Position numbers and translations under genes: made by a program. From sequence record SRR31156797_3235: 61,695 nucleotides of DNA; one strand, written 5' to 3'. The first letter of the stretch is position 1. Every line of letters begins with the position of its first letter. This document shows, piece by piece, positions 57,313 to 61,695 of the stretch. A model generated the notes under the pieces. It was not told the DNA's origin and ran no database searches. It saw only the letters and a program-made list of their open reading frames with translations.

Positions 57313-57888
57313 TCAACCGCAAGATTTTGACATGATTTGCATGATCATATGCGTTATGCACAGATGTATGTCCTCGATTTTCTGGGTGTCATGGGAGGGG
57401 ACAACCAGTGATAGGGCAGAGATTTTCTTGAGTTTTCCACCGTCCGAACCTGTTAGCCCGATGGTTGTCCCTCCCCGTGAATTGGCATATTCCATGGCCT
57501 TCACGATATTGATGGAGTTTCCTTTTGAAGAAATGCCTAGGGCCACATCCCCCGGTAACATCAATTTCTTAAGTTGTTCCGAAAAGATATCTTCGTAAGA
57601 AATGTCATTGGCATAGGCCGTTACGGTGGAGATGTTATCGTTCAGGCAGACCACCCGGAACCGCTTCTTCCGGCTGAAACCTAAACTCTTATTGATATCA
57701 CAACAAAAGTGGGATGCGGTTGTTCCGCTTCCTCCGTTGCCCATGACGAATATCTGCTTGTCTTGTTCATAAGCTTTTAGAAGTGAGTGTGATACCGATA
57801 CCAACTCTGTAAAATCGAAACGGTCGAGGCAGGTTTTCAGTTCACCGGCATATTTCAGAAAAAACGAGTGCATCTTTTTATCTCTCAT
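57313..57888 (-). CDS. gmhA: Sedoheptulose 7-phosphate isomerase (start 57888 or 57873)
   Basis: GNGGS, TAYANDISY, FSEQL, GISSKGNS, LTG.DGG, IEDIH. Confidence 0.88.
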   Translation of the reverse strand: MRDKKMHSFFLKYAGELKTCLDRFDFTELVSVSHSLLKAYEQDKQIFVMGNGGSGTTASHFCCDINKSLGFSRKKRFRVVCLNDNISTVTAYANDISYEDIFSEQLKKLMLPGDVALGISSKGNSINIVKAMEYANSRGGTTIGLTGSDGGKLKKISALSLVVPSHDTQKIEDIHLCITHMIMQIMSKSCG

Positions 57889-58891
57889 ACGCAATATCCA
57901 AAGTTCTTGCACCAACTCTTTGAAATCGGAAATCGAGCCGTTTCAGTTCGGTTTGCCTCAAAGCCGATTCCAATCTCTCCTGGTTCGGTTGTTCACAATA
58001 AAAGAGGAAGAAACCGCCGCCTCCGGCACCTGTCAATTTGCCCCCTAAGGCGCCATTCTTTCGGGCCAGGTCGTAAATTTCATCGAGGAACCCATTGGAA
58101 ATACCAGGGCTCATTTTTTTTTTGAATTCCCATGCTTCGTGCAGCAAAAAGCCGAATTCCTTCAAGTTCCCTGCTAGGAGAACTTCCTTAATCTGATATG
58201 CAAGCGCCTTAACCTTGACCATGGCTTCAACGGCGCGCTTGTCGTTCTTTTCGGCGGCCGATTCCTGATGCTTAAGGATATCACCGGCATTTCTCGTTTT
58301 ACCCGTGAAAAACAGGCACAAATTGGACTCTAGCTTCTCAAGAACCCGAGGGCCGGGGTCAAGTGGCGTAACAATTACACCGGTTTTGTGAAATTCAATG
58401 AAGTTTAAACCTCCGTAGCAAGCAGCATATTCGTCCTGTTTGCCGATCGGGAGGTTCAAAAAACGACGCTGAACAAAATAGGCGTCTTCAGCCATCCGTT
58501 CCTTGCTCATCGGTTTTCCCTTCAACGTGCTACAGAGGTGAACCATATTCACTGCCACGGCTCCGGATGAGCCAAGACCGCTCCCCGCAGGTATCTCGGA
58601 CGCCATGAACAGATCAAATCCGTCCCGAATCCCAAAATATTTGATGACCGCTGCCGGTATATCAAAACCTTCTCCAAATTTGAGGTGGTAAAAATCATCC
58701 ACCGTCAAGGTTGACTGGAGATCCGAAGAGATCATCTGGATCTTGTTGTCCTCCCTTGGGTGGAATATGGTATAAAGGTGTTTGTCGATTGCCGTACTGA
58801 CGACTGCCCCGCCATGTTTCATGTAAAAGGCTGCCATGTCAGTTCCGCCACCACCGAAACTTATTCTCACAGGGGCTCGGGTAATAATCAT
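57878..58891 (-). CDS. hddA: D-glycero-alpha-D-manno-heptose 7-phosphate kinase (GHMP)
   Basis: RAPVRISFGGGGTD, PAGSGLGSS, GKQDEY..YGG, FFTG, GGKLTGAGGGGF. Confidence 0.88.
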   Translation of the reverse strand: MIITRAPVRISFGGGGTDMAAFYMKHGGAVVSTAIDKHLYTIFHPREDNKIQMISSDLQSTLTVDDFYHLKFGEGFDIPAAVIKYFGIRDGFDLFMASEIPAGSGLGSSGAVAVNMVHLCSTLKGKPMSKERMAEDAYFVQRRFLNLPIGKQDEYAACYGGLNFIEFHKTGVIVTPLDPGPRVLEKLESNLCLFFTGKTRNAGDILKHQESAAEKNDKRAVEAMVKVKALAYQIKEVLLAGNLKEFGFLLHEAWEFKKKMSPGISNGFLDEIYDLARKNGALGGKLTGAGGGGFFLFYCEQPNQERLESALRQTELKRLDFRFQRVGARTLDIAYER

Positions 58892-58926
58892 GGAAATATA
58901 TTTCCTAATAATGGTTTATGAATAGC

Positions 58927-59652
58927 TTAAAAAGCCCGGAGTGTGTGGCAGGTGGGCCGATCTTTTCCACCAATATATTTTTTTAGGGCTTCCATACCCT
59001 TGAAAGTTCCCATGTCGTAGAAACGCTGGCTGACAGGAAAGGCAAGAACTTCCTTTGCAGCAATTAATTCGGCATAGACTTGCTGTTCTAACGAGCAAGG
59101 CTTGCCGGCGGGAATGAGATCCAAGACCTCTTTTCCGTATACGGCGGCTCCCGCATCCACATGTGTCATCCCTTGCGGGTCGGTTCCATTGTATTCCAGA
59201 ATTTGATCGGATACGCCAAGGCACAAGTTGTTTGGTACAATGTTTTTCCTGTTATCGTATGCGCATATTAGTGCAATTCTTGCTCTTTTATGGAAATAAT
59301 CAACCAACGCCTGATAATTGATTGGCAGCAATGTGTCACCGTTCAAAAGGATGAATTGGTTTTCCAATTTGGACTGAGCGTATTTAAGGGCTCCCCCGGT
59401 TCCGAGTGCTGAAGGCTCATGGGAGTATTCCATATCTATTCCGAGATTTGTGCCGTCCCCGAAATATTCAATGATTTTTTCTCCAAGGTAACCCACCAGA
59501 AGTAGGAATTTGGAAATACCGAAGGCTTTCATGTGCGCCAATTGATAATGCAGAAAAGGCCGACCCTGGAGTTGGACCATGGGTTTGGGCACATCTGTCG
59601 TAAGAGGCATGAGCCGTGTTCCCAGGCCGCCCGCGAGAATTACAACTTGCAT
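58927..59652 (-). CDS. hddC: Heptose-1-phosphate guanylyltransferase-like sugar nucleotidyltransferase
   Basis: ILAGGLGTRL, PKPM, LGTGGAL, LNGDT, FYDMGT; adjacent to hddA and gmhA. Confidence 0.75.
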   Translation of the reverse strand: MQVVILAGGLGTRLMPLTTDVPKPMVQLQGRPFLHYQLAHMKAFGISKFLLLVGYLGEKIIEYFGDGTNLGIDMEYSHEPSALGTGGALKYAQSKLENQFILLNGDTLLPINYQALVDYFHKRARIALICAYDNRKNIVPNNLCLGVSDQILEYNGTDPQGMTHVDAGAAVYGKEVLDLIPAGKPCSLEQQVYAELIAAKEVLAFPVSQRFYDMGTFKGMEALKKYIGGKDRPTCHTLRAF

Positions 59653-59678
59653 GATTTCGAACCTCCCTGTAAATGAGC

Positions 59679-61076
59679 CTACTGAATTCCTGATGATGCA
59701 GGTACGGCAGGGGTCCTTTGAATTTTAAGAAAGAGGATATAGGGTGTTAAAAGCGACATCCAATAAAGATAGGGCCTAAGGGGGATGGAATACCTGGGGA
59801 ATGGAGCGCCTAACATGTGTATGAAGGTATAATAAATAAGCAGAAGTGAGCTGAACCGCGCCAGAAAGAGAGACTCTTGGGGCAGAGCAATTTTTGCCGG
59901 GGGTAACCACGCCATGAAACATCCAAACAGAGCCAGCAGCATGATGGGATAATGGAGGACATACATCCACTTATGGGTAATTCGAAAGAATGTGTTGTGG
60001 GAATAAGGTGAATTTGAGACGGGATAAATAAAGGCATCACCCGTTCCCTGGATCATATCCCAGTTCCAGAAAGTTTTCGGTTTATCAAGCAGATACCATT
60101 TTGCGTGGCGTATGGGGGCCTGAACAAACCGACTCGAAATCTCTTTCAAGACCGAAGGTAGGTTACGCCCGATCTTTTCAGCTCTCGGATCATATCGGTA
60201 TGGAAATCCGTGGCTTCGGGGAACGCCTTCAACCATGAAATCGGGATAGATTCCATGGTGCAGGAAGTTAACCATAAGGCGGTTATCGGTTGTGGTGCCA
60301 AAGGTTGCCATGTTTCGTCCGATCCAGGGCAAAAAAAAGACTGCAAAACCCATGAGCATGACACCCGAGTAGCGCCAGCCTCTCTCCCACCCATAATGAA
60401 ATAGCAGGAACATGGCCAGGATAAGTGGAAAGAATTGAAGGCTCGGCCTGATCAATGCGGCATAACCCATTACGCCTCCCATGATAAGGCCGGACCATGT
60501 GGTTGGCTTTTTTTTGAATAAACTTACCCGCCACCCCAAAACAACCAGCAGAAAGCAGAAGAGGGTTTCGGTCAATATGTAACTGCTTGACACGATAAGA
60601 TGGGGACTTAATGCGACCAATAAGGTCGCTGTTGATGACCAGAGTGGAGAGAGACATTTTTTAAACAGGGCAAAAGCAAAGAGGATCGTGAGTGTACTAA
60701 TCAGTACCTGAGAGAATATAATCAGGTCAACCATCTTCTTGTTTGGCAGGCCTTTGACAAAAATAGACAGAAACAGGGGATAACCCGGAGAACGGACTGC
60801 ATCCGGTGTTACCGGAGATGCAAGATCCTCCGGGTTGCCCACCTGTTGTGAGTATATGTGCTTGTGTCGTAAGTTGTATGCATACATGAAATACTGGCCG
60901 GCATCTGCACGCAGGGGTTTGATGACTTGGGTGTTCAATACGGATTCGCATCTCAGATAGAAGCCCAGGATCAGAATCAGTGCCAGGGGAAGAGCGCCTC
61001 TGATGATTCTGTTCCGATGAAATGTTGTTCTTTTTTTATAAGCGGATGATATGGTGATTTTTTTTTGAAATTCCAT
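59679..61076 (-). CDS. GT-C (GT39/ArnT-like) membrane glycosyltransferase
   Basis: DAGQY, RSPGYPLFL, LTETLF, RP, PWIGRN, PRYSIP; multi-TM. Confidence 0.8.
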   Translation of the reverse strand: MEFQKKITISSAYKKRTTFHRNRIIRGALPLALILILGFYLRCESVLNTQVIKPLRADAGQYFMYAYNLRHKHIYSQQVGNPEDLASPVTPDAVRSPGYPLFLSIFVKGLPNKKMVDLIIFSQVLISTLTILFAFALFKKCLSPLWSSTATLLVALSPHLIVSSSYILTETLFCFLLVVLGWRVSLFKKKPTTWSGLIMGGVMGYAALIRPSLQFFPLILAMFLLFHYGWERGWRYSGVMLMGFAVFFLPWIGRNMATFGTTTDNRLMVNFLHHGIYPDFMVEGVPRSHGFPYRYDPRAEKIGRNLPSVLKEISSRFVQAPIRHAKWYLLDKPKTFWNWDMIQGTGDAFIYPVSNSPYSHNTFFRITHKWMYVLHYPIMLLALFGCFMAWLPPAKIALPQESLFLARFSSLLLIYYTFIHMLGAPFPRYSIPLRPYLYWMSLLTPYILFLKIQRTPAVPASSGIQ

Positions 61077-61217
61077 TGATCGGTCGGGAAGAGGGCGGTT
61101 CCGTTAAGGACCGCTCAAAATATACAGCTCCGCTCTTTGGATTACAAAAACCATTCAAGGTTCGGAGCGATGGTCTGTGACCAAAATTTTATCGGTTTCC
61201 CAAGAAGCGGATTGTTT

Positions 61218-61695
61218 TTATTCCACTTTTTCTTTTTCGACTTCCCAGATCAATACCCGCGGTTTTTTTTTCAGTTTCGGTGAGAATTCGGCGAATTCTT
61301 CCTGGGTTAATACCAGCGAGCGGATTTTTCTTTTGATATAACGTTCAGTTTTTCTACTCAGATCATTCAAGTGGTATGGGTCGATATCTCCCACCAGTAA
61401 CAGATCGACAATTCCCGTGTCTTTTCCTTCGGCATAATCGTCGATCAAATATGCCTTTTCCAGATCCCCCAGTCGCGATACAATGCTGTCGATGACTTGA
61501 TCAATACCCATGGCTTTACTCACCATGGATTTCAGTTCCGGGAAAAGCGGGTGCTGATTGTTTGCCTTATAAAGGATGTTGCGACCGCTCTTTTCAGAGT
61601 TAAGCAGGCCGGTTTTGGTGAGTTGGTTGAGTTCTTCTCGAACGGAATTGGTGGAAACCTGAAATTCTTTGGCCAGTTCTCGAAGATATGCCTGT
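61218..61695 (-). CDS. Winged-helix (ArsR/PaaX-like) protein fused to a degenerate nucleotidyltransferase-like domain (5' truncated)
   Basis: The frame stays open to the window edge: QAYLRELAKEFQVSTNSVREELNQLTKTGLL..GRNILYKANNQHPLFPEL, then AYLIDDYAEGKDTGIVDLLLVG. Confidence 0.78.
   Translation of the reverse strand, partial: QAYLRELAKEFQVSTNSVREELNQLTKTGLLNSEKSGRNILYKANNQHPLFPELKSMVSKAMGIDQVIDSIVSRLGDLEKAYLIDDYAEGKDTGIVDLLLVGDIDPYHLNDLSRKTERYIKRKIRSLVLTQEEFAEFSPKLKKKPRVLIWEVEKEKVE

Noticed and set aside
58114-58123. A/T homopolymers (T10 in hddA; 9-mers near 50870, 61058 and 61263) as phase-variation tracts
   Set aside because: All are in frame and explained by Lys/Phe codon runs. There are no long G/C tracts, and read-level data would be needed.
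1-61695. CRISPR arrays, tRNA/rRNA, IS elements, prophage or defence genes
   Set aside because: No spaced repeats, structural RNA signatures, transposase or integrase motifs were seen; intergenic gaps are short.

Overview
About 62 kb of densely coding bacterial chromosome. Gene content (Sec-type HesB, Geobacter-like pilins, c-type diheme protein, large Fe-S protein) suggests an anaerobic Desulfobacterota/deltaproteobacterium; this is inference. The left half (1-29 kb) is mixed housekeeping: end of an OprO/P-like porin, a diheme protein, pgi, rdgB, an IscA/HesB-like selenoprotein hidden by an in-frame UGA (the ORF track shows only its C-terminal part), yggS, YihY, a REC-GAF-HD-GYP protein, an Fe-S protein, a LysM lytic transglycosylase, DUF4139, DUF481, an LPS-type locus (ArnT-like, WaaL-like, GT2s, GT10), an amino acid permease plus Orn/Lys/Arg decarboxylase, and YyaL. 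The right half (29-61.7 kb) starts with two tandem type IVa pilins behind a sigma-54 promoter, followed by a ~32 kb glycosylation island. The island holds seven GT-C-type membrane transferases, including TPR-bearing homologues of the eukaryotic protein O-mannosyltransferases TMTC and TMEM260. It also holds four polyprenyl-phosphate sugar synthases, four SAM methyltransferases, GT2/GT4 enzymes, a radical SAM enzyme, a Wzx flippase, GDP-heptose genes (gmhA, hddA, hddC) and a wHTH-nucleotidyltransferase-like regulator. The best candidate for a new system is a pilin-linked, eukaryote-like lipid-donor protein O-glycosylation pathway. I saw no rRNA, tRNA, CRISPR array or transposase. All family calls come from motif recognition by eye, not database searches.
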